A stretch of DNA of 64,000 nt from Takakia lepidozioides (Eukaryota > Plantae > Bryophyta), in the NCBI GenBank assembly GCA_030704615.1, contig CM060733.1:45570001-45634000 (forward strand), written 5' to 3'. Every line of letters begins with the position of its first letter. Position 1 is the stretch's first letter. Shown here one piece after another: positions 37,077-50,599 of the stretch. The notes below the pieces were generated by a model. It ran no database searches. It saw only the letters and a program-made list of their open reading frames with translations, and had not been told where the DNA came from. Position numbers and translations under genes: made by a program.

Positions 37077-38055
37077 ACTGTATTCTTTTAATATTCATTT
37101 TCATATTATCTGGAAAACGTTGAATCCCCTTCCTCCACCGTAGTTGTTCCTTTAGAACAAATAATAATCACAGAATCAACTTTCGTTTAAATTGCTATAT
37201 GTATGAATCCATCTCACAAACCTTCCTGACTCTTCTCATATCCATTGTGCATTCATCTACACTGTATTCATGCGTGCTCCATTCATGAAAGCTTCCTTTG
37301 TACAACATCCATTGTACATTCATCCTCTGTACTCTTTAATCCACCCCACAAACCTTCCACACTCATTTCATATACGTTGTGCATTCGTCAAAACATTTGG
37401 TCATGCATCTTCCTGTCATGAATTTTTGTCATTGCTCAACATCCATTATACATTCATCCATTTTACTCTTATCCATCCGTCATTCATCCATCTACATACA
37501 TTTTTCACACTCATCCATCTGTTTATCATCCAACTGTACATTCATCCATCCTTTATTCAATGCCTTTTATTATGTCGTCCAGCTTGTTTCCACGGTAAAG
37601 GGTGCCAATCCGCGGGAATACACTCCACTTCTTTCTGGGCGCGTGGTGACGCGGCCTTCACGTGTGATGACGTGGACTGAGCCCCATGACGTGGCATTTG
37701 CGCAAGGTGACGTGGCGTGAGCGCAACTGCGCTCACGCGCTCACGTGACCAGGCTCACGCCGAGGCATCCCTGGCTTTGTTGCGTCTGTCAGATTTTGAC
37801 CTCTCTCGTCAGTTGCACTCGAAGCGAGGAAGCAGCATGAGCAAAAGCGCAATTGGTAGCCAGGAGCTTGGTGACAAGCGTTCAAATGCTCATATTCCCA
37901 AATCATCATATCTGCATTTTGTTCTTGGGCAAGGTGAGTGTTTTCCACGCGAGGAAGACAAGCGCCCAACCCTAAGTCCGAAGTAGACCGTATAGCTGGA
38001 TGTATAGATAGTGATGAAATTATATATGCTAAAATACACTAGTTTATTTTTGCGG

Positions 38056-38215
38056 TAAAGATTCGTGTCAGTCGGTCTGGATTCCTTAAGAGATTCATGT
38101 CGGTTGGTCTAGATGCCTCTCGGGCGATAAAGATACCTTAAATATTCGTGTAGGTTGGTCTAGATTCCTTCCGGCGGTGAAGATGCCTTAAAAGATTCGT
38201 GTCGGTCGGTCCTAA
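38056..38215. repeat. Short degenerate tandem repeat, ~4 units (AGATTCGTGTCGGT(T/C)GGTCTAGAT...)
   Basis: Motif recurs at ~38058, 38092, 38142 and 38192. Confidence 0.7.
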
Positions 38216-39176
38216 AAGTGCCAGTTTAAGGTGGTGTTGGGCAGTCCTCTGCGAGCGCCAGAACATGGCGTAAATTGCATTCCCTACACAGGCACCCCGG
38301 TCTTGGGGCCCAGGCCGTCCTCGGCCTACGTTCATGGTCTTTTGCTATTTTCATACCCGCCTCACCCCCCTGGTTAGGGAATTCCAAAAAGGCCATCAAC
38401 GAGGACAGGGTAAATATCGCTGTTTTGGCTTGGGCCCAGGGGCAGGCCCAAAAGATTCTCAGGGCCTGGTACCTGTCCTTTACTCCTGGCCCCACGGCCA
38501 ACAGTGTCCTGCACCCAAGGCTGCCTAGGGTCATTTTGGGAACGCATTTGGGGAACGTATATGCACGTTTTAGAAATGTATATATAGTACTATGATAATG
38601 TACACATACACCTATACGTATAATCCAGCAAAGGAAAAGACCTAGGGTTTGGGTCATCTACCCTGCAGTTGCCACGATAGTAGGTAGACCTCGAAATTTC
38701 GCTATAATTGCCTTGTCATCTCCTTGCAAGAGAGTACCGTAGTTTTGTACACTAAATTTTATCATCCCATTTATAAAGACATCTTCTCCTCCTTACAGAA
38801 ATTGCACACTCCTTGCCCCAAATATAGGCATATGCGCCGTCTCTTACTTCTGTCTCCCTTTAATTTTGGGTGAATTGAACTTAGCGAAGCAGATACAGGG
38901 TTCGTAGTTGCTGGTCGCTGCATGGAAGGATGAAGATGGAGACTGGTACATGACAAGGTTGCCCATATTCTGTGAGTTTGCACCCCTCTCTTGAACTTGC
39001 TTGAGTTGAGCATGTAGTAGAAATAATAAGAGGTTGATTGTGGTAAAGAGAAATTCACTCTTTCTTCTCTGCCTTTTAACAAGAGCAATTACATGTTAGT
39101 TCTTCTCCCATGAGATTTGTCAGCCCCACTGAATGGTGAGGGTCCAGCCCCTGCATCTTTGAGCGGCTGTCGGTGA

Positions 39177-39398
<222 letters not shown>

Positions 39399-42300
39399 TG
39401 ATTCACTCCGCAAAGGCATGTACGCACTTGGCTGTCAACTGTCTGTACTAACTTTGCAAGATTCTCTGGTTCACAGTAGAGATAAACTTAAGGCACTGGG
39501 GGAGAGGGTGGAAAAGGAAAGGATACGGATAAGGGAGAGAACCATGTTTCGAGCATCTGAAGCTTTCTTGTAGCTTCCATCCGCATGGGAATACCTGTAG
39601 CTTGAGGAAGGTCAGCATAAAGTAGCTTTGTGCAACCCTTGCAGGCGGAAACCAGCACATCAACGAGCATTGGGTATGCCGGAGAGCTATCGTAATTCAT
39701 CACTTGTGTACGCAAGTACCTGTTGTTCTATCTATAAATATGTCAAGAAACTGAAGACGTCTGCACACTGGAACGCCCCTATTCACCTCTGATAAAGTCT
39801 CTTTTCTTTGATGAATATCTGTGCAGTATATCATCTTCCATCACAAGGTAGGCACTTCTCAAGCCACAGTTCTCACTGTGGCTTGTAGAACATGTGATGT
39901 GGGCCACATGAAATCATGTGCCCCCTTCTGCTGTTGGTGGTTGGAAAGACTAAGGCACGATGCATGTGAACATAGGCAACCAGAGTCATGAGAAAAGTCA
40001 GCTCGATATTTTGTCTGCTATCTGCTCTGGAAGGTGGAGACCGTCGATTTGAGTTGTAGATCCCACTGCATTGCAAGTTGTATTTGCTTAGGGTTAAATT
40101 TAGGGCTGCTCGTTACTAGCCCTAATGGGCTTTTGTTTGCTCGACTGTTTGAATTTGAAAACCACGGGCTTTTGAGATGCCATCCATCTAACGGGGGTGG
40201 CTTTGCAGTTTTCTCTCTGTTTGGAGGACATGTTTGGAGTTGCACTAGGAAGATACATATATACACTGGCACGAGCGATTGGCCAGGCTGACAGTGAAGG
40301 CTTCGCTTTCGAACACTTCTTGCTAGAGAAGATGTTCAACTTGTGTATGGACTACGGAACCTCCTGGTCAGATTCTGCAGGTGTAAGCCTTACTGAGGCT
40401 GGAGTGTTGAATGATTGCTGAAAGTGCCATTTGCAGGTGCGATATTGTGGACATGACATGTGGCCCAACACTCTATTTGAGTTGCTAGTATGTAGTAGGG
40501 ATGACTTTCTTGGAAGCCAGGGACAGTAGTAAGTTGTTCTGTCCTTCTAAAATATTGGTGATCAAACTAACTTATACAGGGTTTTGTGATGCTGCACCGA
40601 AGACTAAAACAAGGGCTACCAGCTGTCACACCTACTCAACCACCAACTTTTGTTCCCTCTTCCACTCCAGGTTTGTGTGCCGATCTGACTGTTAAATGTG
40701 TTTTTGATGGCATCTTAGTTTAAAGGACCATCCAGTTTGCCTCCATTGTTCTCATTATCCGCCCTAATTTCTGGGATGAAGGCTCCAGGGCCTTGCGAAT
40801 GAATTTAGAGCCTGCCGTAATTGAGAACCCCACAGCACCTTGTCTTGGCTTTTCGGGTCTCAGGGAGAAATATTGACGTAGTAGACTCCTCAGATCACAA
40901 GCAACCACGGACACGTTTGAACAGTGTGGAGAGAGGAGATGAGACAGAGAGAGGCATATCACCTCTTGTTACAGGTATCCAAGTTAAGAGTAACCTCATG
41001 GACCGTCAAATCCCCTGACCCAAGAATGTCATGAAGAATTTGGTGTGAATTCAACTGTGGAAGAAACCACTTCCAGAATTGGCACAAGTGCAGCTGCTGG
41101 CGTTTCCCCTTAAACATAGATTCTTGGTGTGATGCCAAGACCACATTCCAGTTCAGTGTCCCAGCACATGTGACTTCCATTGTATCTGTATTGCTCAGTT
41201 GCATAGAGGCATGAACTGTTCTGTTCACACAGTTTCTGACAAATTAGACACAGTCTGTTCAATTGTTCACTGTTCTGTTCACACAGTCAATTGTCACTGA
41301 TGATGGTTCCTTTCAGGATGTCAATTGCACTGATGACGTCCCTACATATACTTCTGAATTGGTTTGCACCTCACCTTCAATTTTCTGCCGAAAGGATTTG
41401 TTTGTTGCTTGCAGATTTCCACTCCTCTTGTCGATGCCGACATGTCTACAACATGCAAGGTCCTTCCACGCAGTCTCCTAGCTAGGTACACATATGTCAT
41501 AGTCTCCCATAACTTGTGTCCATAAAGTATTGTATCCTTCGAAACATCATCTGCTCGTCTTTGTAGGGTGGTAGATAAAGGGTCTGCACAGAGGTAGAGG
41601 ACTGAATGCAAGGGTTATCTTTTCGATCTAGGAGCATGATGCTCATGCGTCGCGCTCCAAAATACTTCAAAATATTGTGATGCAGTTTCCAGAAATCCAA
41701 CACTCGTATGCGGATATGACACCCAAGCTCATGTGAGCAGAAATGTAAATTGATACTCACACATTCATTCGGTTCATTGCACGTCAAACCTGTCGTAAAC
41801 ACTGCAAGATGAGTTCTTTCTGGATAGGTCACACACCTCGTGAACCAATGGTGCTGCACGGGGTCAATGGAGTGGTGGAAGTCGCAGTGTCGTAGGAAAT
41901 CTGCTGCCTCAAAAGCACAGGTCCCTTTGAACAACACCCTTAGCATCATTGGAGTGAGTAGATCCAAGCAAGCTCGCATTTCTTATTTTTTGGGGGGAGA
42001 TGCATTTGCATGCTCGATACCCAGAGCAAAGCTTCATGCATGGCAAGGCCTATTTCCCTTCAACCCTCAAACAGATGGCTGTATATTATTCCTCCAACTT
42101 TGGATTTCACATCCCTCTCCCAACTCTCCTCCTTCACTTCAAAATTTTGGAATGTCCACCCAAGACCATCAATCTGCTCTGCAGACAGCTCCTTGACAAG
42201 GTCTTTGGCATCTTCAATAGATTTGGTCAATCGCAATCCGAGCCTAAAATCTCTCTCTAAATCAGTGCGTAGTTTTCGCTCAACCCCTTTTTCCAAGTTT

Positions 42301-44751
42301 TGGGACGTCGGCACTTGGTTCAACATGATGAGTAGGGTTGCATACGAAAAGAAGTGTGGCACCTCAATCATATAAGAGGCAAGCTTGAATATGAGATGTC
42401 CAAGCATGCGGGCCTGCGTTTAGAAATCGACTAATAGTCAGTGGAAATCGCGTTACTTTAAGTGGAGTGACATCATTGAAGGAAATCTACTAATTGTGTT
42501 TACTGAAAAACAGACCAGTCTTTGAAGAGGAAGATGTGGGCGATGCGGGAGGCACACTCAGAGACGCCTGTAGCAGATCAGACTGCTGCAAAGCTGCCAC
42601 AGGCGAGGCCAGAGATGCAGCCATACTCGCCCCCTCGAGATTGGGGAGTGCCTACTAATTCCACCTCTCTTTCTCTCTCTCTGAAACCTTTCCTCTCCCT
42701 CTCTCTCCACCAATACAAGGTGGCCCCAGAAATCTGGCTAACATGTGAGAGTGGTTAATTAGAGTGAAAGTTGTCCTTGCATATTGTCCACATATTCAAA
42801 TATCTGGTTGTAATTCTGGGGCCAAGAATAACACAAGAGCTGGCTGCTAGGGCTGGAAGCCATCGTTGCTAGACAGGAGACAGTTAAGCTGACGACGCAC
42901 TTGCAATCTGAGACAATGATCATGCAGGCACCCTGGTACTGTGAGCGTCGTCAAGGCCGCAAAAGCTTTTTGTTAGTCTACCGAGCCTAAGTATTCATCG
43001 ACCCAAAGATGCACAGGCACAGTAAAATAGCATGCCCTCCATCTCCACCAAAACTTCAGACCCCGAGATATTCCCCTATCCTCTGTGGGCTCAGCTTCTC
43101 AAAGGGGAATAAGGCTCTTTTAGAACATGCTAGGCAGACAATAGGGGATCACAAGTAGAGCATGTAGCACCAAAACCAATCAGAACTTGTAGAGCATCAT
43201 GACAGTTTCATCCCAAACACAGTTGGACATCCAAGTAGACGGTTTTGCACTTAAAACACATTGACTGTCGTCCATTAAATAAGTGAGAGTGGCTAATCTT
43301 AGTGGCCACCTGCTCAATTTTCATTGGCTTGTCAGATTACAAGACCCAAAAGTCACACATCAGCTCCAGCCTGTCTTATCATTTTACTGTTGACATAGGT
43401 TAAGGCTTAAACTTCAAAAGATAGTTTACTTACCAAATCTCTTAATTGTTTCCTAGTTTTCATCCATCCTTTGACAGAGGGGAATCTGTTCATTGGAGGA
43501 ATCCATGGCTCTATGTACAAGATATGCGCATTTTTCTGAGCTGGGGTCAACATTTTTACTCGCGTTTAGGGAGCGGCCAAGCTGGAGCTGAATTCAGGCT
43601 CCTAGAGCGCCCTATTGGGATCGCCCAGGGGCTTGCTCGGTTCTCTACAAATAGGCTTTGTAAAAAGAAACTTTATCTTTTTTATCTTTATCTACTACGT
43701 CGTCAAAACGTAAAAACTGCTGTAATTTTCTTAGGGCAGTTTGAAGCAGAATTCCCCAGGATGCACCAGTTGGCATCGAACCAATGGTCCCATAGGGGCG
43801 GGAGCATGGAACCGTTGCCATAGGGAGATTCGTGGACGCAATCTTGCCCCTTGGATGAGATATCATCTAGGGTTGATGTGGAGCCAGCTAGTCAGAGGGT
43901 GGAACCAGATGAGCAAATTTTTCCGGGGCTTGCTAACTTAGGAGCCTCAATCGGCTCCAGCTGGCCCGTTCTCTAGAGACTGTTCTAGAGATGGATGCCC
44001 AGCTAACTTGATGTCATCGATGAAAAGGCCCGACTGTGGATGAAAGATTCATCGTTGAAGGGAATGAGGATTCTCACTGCAGGCGTAGCGTGGACAATGT
44101 ACTGGTGCAAGTGTCTACTGCATGCATGTGTCTTACAGTGTCAAAGCGTAAAGCCCTGTGAAATTTTTCTTTTATAACTATATGGGGCGGGTTATAGAGC
44201 AGAATGGGCGGTATTAGAGCATCACCACCCTTGAGCCCGAAAAACTCCTTGTAACACAAAAGATAGTGTCATCGATTCAGTGCCTGCTGGGTTCTTTGGC
44301 GCGGCAGCCCGACTCGCGCACACCCTTGTCCCTAAATCGCCCACGCCATCCCCCCGCCCCTCGCCTCCCATTGGCCGGGAGGGGCGAGATCTCCACCAAG
44401 ACGCTGACGGGCACGCGCTTGGTCAGTTGACTTGGATTCAGGGACGTTTTCTGTGCGTAGAATACAGCGCTCGGGTTCAGTGCACCAGTGCACGGAACGA
44501 TATTCAGTGGGAGCTTTTCACGGGATATAGGGTTCAGTGCATGGGTGGGGGACGTTCCCGCCCACCATACCCTCATGTTCCGTTGGCCTGCTGGTTCAGT
44601 GTAGGGTGGGGATGCTCTTAGGGCGTCACACGTGAGGTCCCCCTGGCCGTGAGCTTACACGTAAGAACCCTGCAACGCGGGAAAAAACGTGTAACGTTCA
44701 TCCAGCCGTTGGATCTATGGCATAGATCCAAAATTTCGTAGGGCTTTACGC

Positions 44752-44867
44752 GGGGTGAGGCATTATCCCCAGGGGCTTCTAGTACCGAGGCCCTGTAATA
44801 CGAGGGCGGAGGATTATAGGGGCGAGGTACTGGAAGCCCCTGGGGACAATGCCTGCAGCCTCACCCT
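44752..44867. repeat. Small foldback/MITE-like inverted repeat
   Basis: GGGTGAGG..CATTATCCCCAGGGGCTTCTAGTACC pairs with GGTACTGGAAGCCCCTGGGGACAATG..CCTCACCC. Confidence 0.75.
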
Positions 44868-45915
44868 ATACAAAGAATAGACATAATATAATAATAATAA
44901 CAAAGCTCTCTCGTGATCAGTCAAACGAATTAGTGGGAGAGAACTGAGTCAACTGACATATTTGGAACAATCCATACTCGACAAGCAATGGCAGGATGTT
45001 TACGTCATACCTCACACTGCTGCCGCCATCCGCCCATACCGCCACCCTCCTTTACACCTACATGTGTTGATGAAACTGTGAGTCATGACTCATGACTTTC
45101 TCACCGCCGCTCCTCACACATTCTTTCCGACTCTCCACCTCGGTAACTTTCTGCATCAAATGCACCGCGATTGCACAAGCAGTCACGATGATGACTATAG
45201 CACAAAGCACGAGACATCATATAATTAAGCATTCCCTGACACTGCACAACAAGCGAGCGAGGTCGAGAAGAGGAGAGATGGAAACTTGAAAGCAGCGCGT
45301 GGAGCCAGCACCGGGCCAGACGGACACGTGAGCACTTGTCGCTCGCGGCAAGTGCAGCCCGTCACCGCCCGACACGCTTCCCCCACCAGCTGGCTCCCTC
45401 TTGCCCCCGAGCCTCTCGTACAAAAGATGCCGCTTTCCGAATCCTGACAGATGGCCTGGGGATTCAGCCTCGGCTGTCAGAATATGTCTGGCCCGTGGCT
45501 CAATAGCGAAGATGCGTCGGCTGTCGCCGGAGCCGAGCTCCGGGTACTAGATGCCGAACAGACGAGGCGAAAATCAGGCCCGGGGGAGGCTCGGTGAGGA
45601 ATAGAACACACACTGAGCTTGTGCCTCGGGATCACTCACCTGGCAGAGGCCAACTGGAGCCCCACCGCACCGCCCCTGCCGGTCATCCTTTCCTTGTCGC
45701 CTAATATCCTTTTGCTGACCGGTGCAGCGTGTCGGCCATTCACGTTGCGCATGGATGAATGCCTGATTGGCGCCAGTCATCCTTGCAGCTTTTCATTTAC
45801 GAGTAAGCTGATGAGCAGCAGCGGAACACACTAGACATAGGATGCGAGTTGAATGCGCGCGTGCCAGCCTGCCGGTACGGTCGCCGGGGCTTGCCGGAGC
45901 CGGGACGCCTTGGTG

Positions 45916-46433
45916 GGGCCCGCAGTCAAATCCCCACCCCCCGCCGTGCCATTATTGCGTGTATTACAGTACAAAATATAAAATTCTGAGGGATGGCAAG
46001 AAAGCGGTGGGTAGTTTGGTGGCAGGAGTCATTGGCCGTTATTGCGGGGGTGCTCATGGCGCGATGGAATTGGTGTCCTTAAGGATTTGACTGAGGTACC
46101 ATTAGATTTTTGAATCTCAAAAAATTCCCTCAAGCGGATCTCCGCTCCCCTGTTTCCAATCGCTGCTCCCCTGTTCCCACATACATACCGCTCCCCCGTG
46201 TGTCCGCCGCTCCCTGTGTTACGGCTCCCCTGCTCTCCTTGCTCCCCTTTGTTATTGCTCCGCCGCTCCCCTGTTGCCGCTCCCCTGTTACTATTCCCGG
46301 CTCCCTTGTGCTATTGCTCCCCTGTTTTACTGCTTCGCCGCTCCAATAACAGGGGAGCGGCGGGGCGGGAGCGTGGGACCCTCGGCGTGAAGCATACACG
46401 AGGGAAGGGGGGTGGGGATTTGACTGCGGGCCC
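45916..46433. mobile_element. MITE-like element with 27-bp terminal inverted repeats and internal GCTCCCCTGTT repeats
   Basis: GGGCCCGCAGTCAAATCCCCACCCCCC at 45916 and its reverse complement ending at 46433; no clear TSD. Confidence 0.65.
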
Positions 46434-46799
46434 ACGGAGGCCCTCAGGTTAGCTCCGTCATCCTGCGATGGATTGTTCGGGGAAAAAACCATTATGCCTA
46501 GGCTCTGATGCATGGAAGTCAATTTGGAGACACTTCTAAGAGGGCACCTAACCCTACGTATGCCACTAACCAAGGCTAAATGCCTACGGCAGCCAATTTT
46601 TGGAATCACAACCTCGAATCTGAAAGCCTTCTTCAGCTCAAATGCCCGTTCACCGCAAGTTGAAGAAGGAGTATTCTTAAAACACGGGTACTCATAATCT
46701 GAAAATGGCTCCAGCTTATGTTGCTTGAGTGCGAATATGAGTGTGGTTGGCTTGGCAGCTTTACATCTGGTCCATCCCACTCGATATGATGAGCAGGTT

Positions 46800-48870
46800 C
46801 AGCTTGACTTCTCTCACACAAAAGACGCTGCCAAGATGGGTTTGTTGCCCTAGATGACTTCCCGTCGTTGTTCTGGGCTGCTACATATAATTAATCTGGC
46901 CCATGGCGAGGGGCCTTGCCTTCCACCAATCATCTGTAAGTCCTGTGAAATTGTTTTTGTGGCAGTTTGTAAGCAGTGGGCAGCATGGTGGGCTGTTGTA
47001 GGATTTGATGAACTCAATGTCGTATACTAACAGCAACCCCTCATCTCTTATGCAAGCATTCAACAAGCCAAGTTGACTGCAGAGCACATTCAACCCCCAC
47101 GTTTCTAGTTGCCTAATGTTCTTCATCTCCTAGGCATAGCATTTTCTAGGGTCTCCATCTGTGATGACACATTATCTTCTCATGTGGTTCAGCTTCTGGT
47201 CTTGCTCTTGTTTGCACCACCCCAATGAAGGGCAGTTCCCACCTGCTTGATTATCTCCATATGGTTGTCTTGGCAGGGTTTCCCACAACCACCTTTTCTT
47301 TTCAGACTGCCAGTCATCAGCCTCGTTCTCCAATGCTTCACTTTCTTCCCAAGTGAAGTGCTCTCCTCTTTTATGCTTCAACGTCCCTGCGGGTGTCTTT
47401 TCCTTCATCTCCCGTGGTGCTTTCGAATGAATGAGCATTGATTTGCATCTGTTGGCAACACTTACGGTGTCCCTTTCCTTGCATGCCACTGCAGGCCTAT
47501 CATTGACTTTCTTGGCAGGGAAGTCTCCTCCTTCTCCCTCATTTTCTGGCTCTGTTGGTGCCCCACTCACCATGCTGCATTTATTTCGTGGTGTTGCGCC
47601 AGCCAAGGGCGATCTTTCACTAGTCCGATTGTTGGCAGCAGCTGATTGGAGTCTTCTTGGCAAAGTCTCCCACGAGTTCCCATTAGTTTCAGGCATCAGG
47701 TTTTCTACCCTGCCCTTCCACTTTTCATAAGCGAGGTGCCTGTCTTCCTCCCTTTCACTCTTCAGCCTCTCAGGCAGATTTTTCTTCATGCGATTGCTGC
47801 TCCCATACTTCCAATCCTTGTTTAATTTTCTCCAACCATCACCCTCAGATTTGACAAGGTATTGCTGCCCTTCCTTGTGTCTTTCCTCACTCCCAGCTGC
47901 TGGTTTTATCCCAGATTCACCTCTCATCCTTGCCTGGGGTTTTGCTTGCCAAATAGCCCTTGTGTGGGGAACTTCAACGAAAGGCAACATCTCATTCTCA
48001 GCTCCTGTCTTTGTACCTCTTTGCAGCAGTCCAGCCTCGGGTGCCTCACTTTCTGATTGCTGGGTTGCATTCTTCGACCGCCAACCTTTGACAGGAAAGT
48101 GTGCTCCATCTTCCTCATCTTCAACTGGTTCCCTTGATGCTTCACCTCGTATGTCTTCCTCCTCATGTTTTAGCAGCAGCTCCCATGCCTGAATTGCTAC
48201 TTTTCCTCGTAGTTGATCTTGTGCTTTCCTTTTTCTCCGTAGCTTAATCAACTATTTTGTCTTGGCAGCTCCCTTGCCATGAGTGCCTTGTCTCACTGCA
48301 TCTCTCTTGGCTGCCCACCATCCGTGGAGTCTTTCTTGCACTATTCTGACCCTCATTGGCATGCACTTTGCTGCGATGCCCCACATGTATTTGCTGCTCC
48401 CTTTAATCATCAACATAGTGCTCCAGAGCCAGTGCCTCATTGTTGACCAGTTGACCTTCTCACCCCTTGGACCCCATTTTCCCTTCTCCCATGTTGCCTC
48501 GTCTTTCTGCTTCATCATTTGCTTTACTTGCACGATGTTGCTTCTTCCCTACAGCTCCTCATGTGTTGTGGCTCTTTCCCATGTTGCACTCACTCCCATC
48601 ACACGTTGTGCAGTTGATAAGACTAAGATGAGTTGATGCAGGATAGGGGGAGGGCTTGCTGGTGTATGTTGTCCGATAGGCCCCACGCACAGAGTCAAAG
48701 CTGGAAGTCAGCCTTGCAATGACCCAAGTGAGAGAAGTCTGGTGGGGGTAGCATCTTGGGGGATGGCAGTTAGGGCAATGTGTGTCTAGGGCAATATATG
48801 TCATAGCAGCGGGTGATGTGCTGCCAATTTTGAGGATAGAGACAACCTGTAAGCTGTAGATTTGTATCAG
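46800..48870 (-). pseudogene. Possible LINE ORF1 tail and degenerate ORF2 start
   Basis: Long charged low-complexity ORF 47172-48251, followed by DPRK..IRQL..LNVLCSQ, which weakly resembles an APE endonuclease N-terminus. Confidence 0.35.
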
Positions 48871-48899
48871 TGGTTTCTTCTGACACATATTGCTCCCAG

Positions 48900-49035
48900 T
48901 TTGCCACAACCAGTTTTGTTTGCGTTTGTAGTGCATGTGCGAGCCTGCTGGGGAAGGGCAAAGAGGTCCATGGTTGCATCGTCAAAGCTGGAATTGTGGC
49001 AGATGTCATTCTGAACAATACCCTTGTGGACAGGG
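48900..49035 (+). pseudogene. PPR (PLS) fragment
   Basis: SFVCVCSACASLLGKGKEVHGCIVKAGIVADVILNNTLVD, closely similar to the repeats of the 10024-12524 gene. Confidence 0.8.
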
Positions 49036-49078
49036 AGTGTTCAACAATATGGCTAAGCGAAGGATAGAGTGTAATGAT

Positions 49079-50150
49079 TGCTAATGAAGGCACCTTCTTC
49101 AATTTCACCTTGTTTTCCCCTCTTATCAGAATCACCCCTAATTATTCATGTTTGAATTCTGCAAGTTAACTGGTTGAGTGAAGCTTTGATAGTTTGGAGT
49201 GACTTTGACATGATTCTGCCAATGTGACAACAGGAAAGTATCAGAAACAGGTAACACAGACGAGGAGAAGTTGTGGAATGAATACTTTTCTGACCCCAGT
49301 CAATGGTGGGACAATCGAGGCAAGAAGGTGAATGTTTGTTGGATTATAGAGAGTAGCAGATGCAATTGAGCGTAGGAACTAGTGTGATAAGTTGAGTTGG
49401 GTGCTTCCTAGAACAAGTCTAGGTTGTCATCGTCAACTGCTAGCAACAAGGCAAGGTTGTATGCAAGGCATGGATAGCTGAAGGAGCAAGGATAGAGTGT
49501 GGGTGCAGATTCACCCAAGAGGGCCGGACTTCAAGCTCCAGATTAACTATGAAGCTACAAGAAACCTACATGGGTAGATGGTCAACTGGCAGCAACGGCA
49601 CAATTGATAAAATCAGACATTGTTAATGAAGGCATCTTCTTCAGCACATTTCACCCTGTTTTTCCCTCTTATCATAATCAGCCCAAAATTTCCATGTTGA
49701 ATTCTGCAAGTTAGCTGGTTGAGTGAATCTAGTTTGGAGTGACTTTGACATGATACTGCTATGTGACAACATGAAAGTATCAAAAAACAAGTAACAGACA
49801 TGAGGAGAAGCTGTGGAATGAATACTTTTCTGCCCCCAGTCAATGATGGGACAACCGAGGCAAAAAGGTGAATGTCTGCTACATTTCAGAGAGTAGCAGA
49901 CGCAATTGAGCATAGGAACTAGTGTGATAAGTTGAGTTGGGTGTTTCCTAGAACAAATGTAGGTTGTCATTGTCAGCTACTAGCAGCAAGGCAAGGATGA
50001 ATGCATGATTTGTGCAGGGGCATGGATAGCTGAAGGAGCAGGGATAGAGTGTGGTCCAGATTCATCCTAGAGGGCCAAATTTCAAGCACAAGATTACCTA
50101 TGATTCCTTATGGATCAATAACTACAAGAAACCTCCATGGGTAGATGGTC
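49079..50150 (+). pseudogene. Tandem duplication (~542 bp) of an intron-split OSB-type PDF motif
   Basis: LWNEYFSDPSQWWDNRGKK|IHPRGPDFK..KKPTWVDGQL and LWNEYFSAPSQ*WDNRGKK|IHPRGPNFKHKITYDSLWINNYKKPPWVDG. The intron sequence is homologous to parts of 13201-13749. Confidence 0.8.
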
Positions 50151-50599
50151 TATTCCGTGGAACGCACTGAAGTCTTGCATTATGAGGATCAGAACTGCTT
50201 GGCAGCTTACTTGCATGAGGCCTTGACCCTTAGGCAATCCCCAGAGCAGCACTAGCTTTTGGGCTGCTTTTTTTACCTTGTGTTTTTCATTTTGTCCCAT
50301 AAGCTCTTTGAGCTTTCCGTAGATGTAAGAAAGTACCATTTTGTTTCATTTCATTCATTTTCATTTCATCTTGTTTCATGGCATGTCTTTCATCGTTTGT
50401 GCATTTCTAATGCATGATTAGTTCTCTTGTATGGCTTTACTAGTCGACTCACTACAAACACCAAAACTCCAAAGCATGAATCACTATGAATGATTGTTCA
50501 AGTAATTTCGAGCACTTCATGTAAAGTAGTAAAGCAGTGGTTGCGCTAACTTCCACAGTCGCAATTGCCATTGGGCATGTAGCACTGCAAGTTATGTGG

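Larger units (their letters stand above)
27834..37771. mobile_element. ParB-MTase Mutator-like DNA transposon copy C (most complete; left end in the gap)
   Basis: Divergent transposase (-) and ParB-MTase (+) genes with ~870 bp between them. Homology with copy B ends at GAGGCATC (37769), marking the right end. Confidence 0.7.

Noticed and set aside
43568-43975. Imperfect ~35-bp inverted repeat pair, possible old MITE
   Set aside because: Many mismatches and no TSD.
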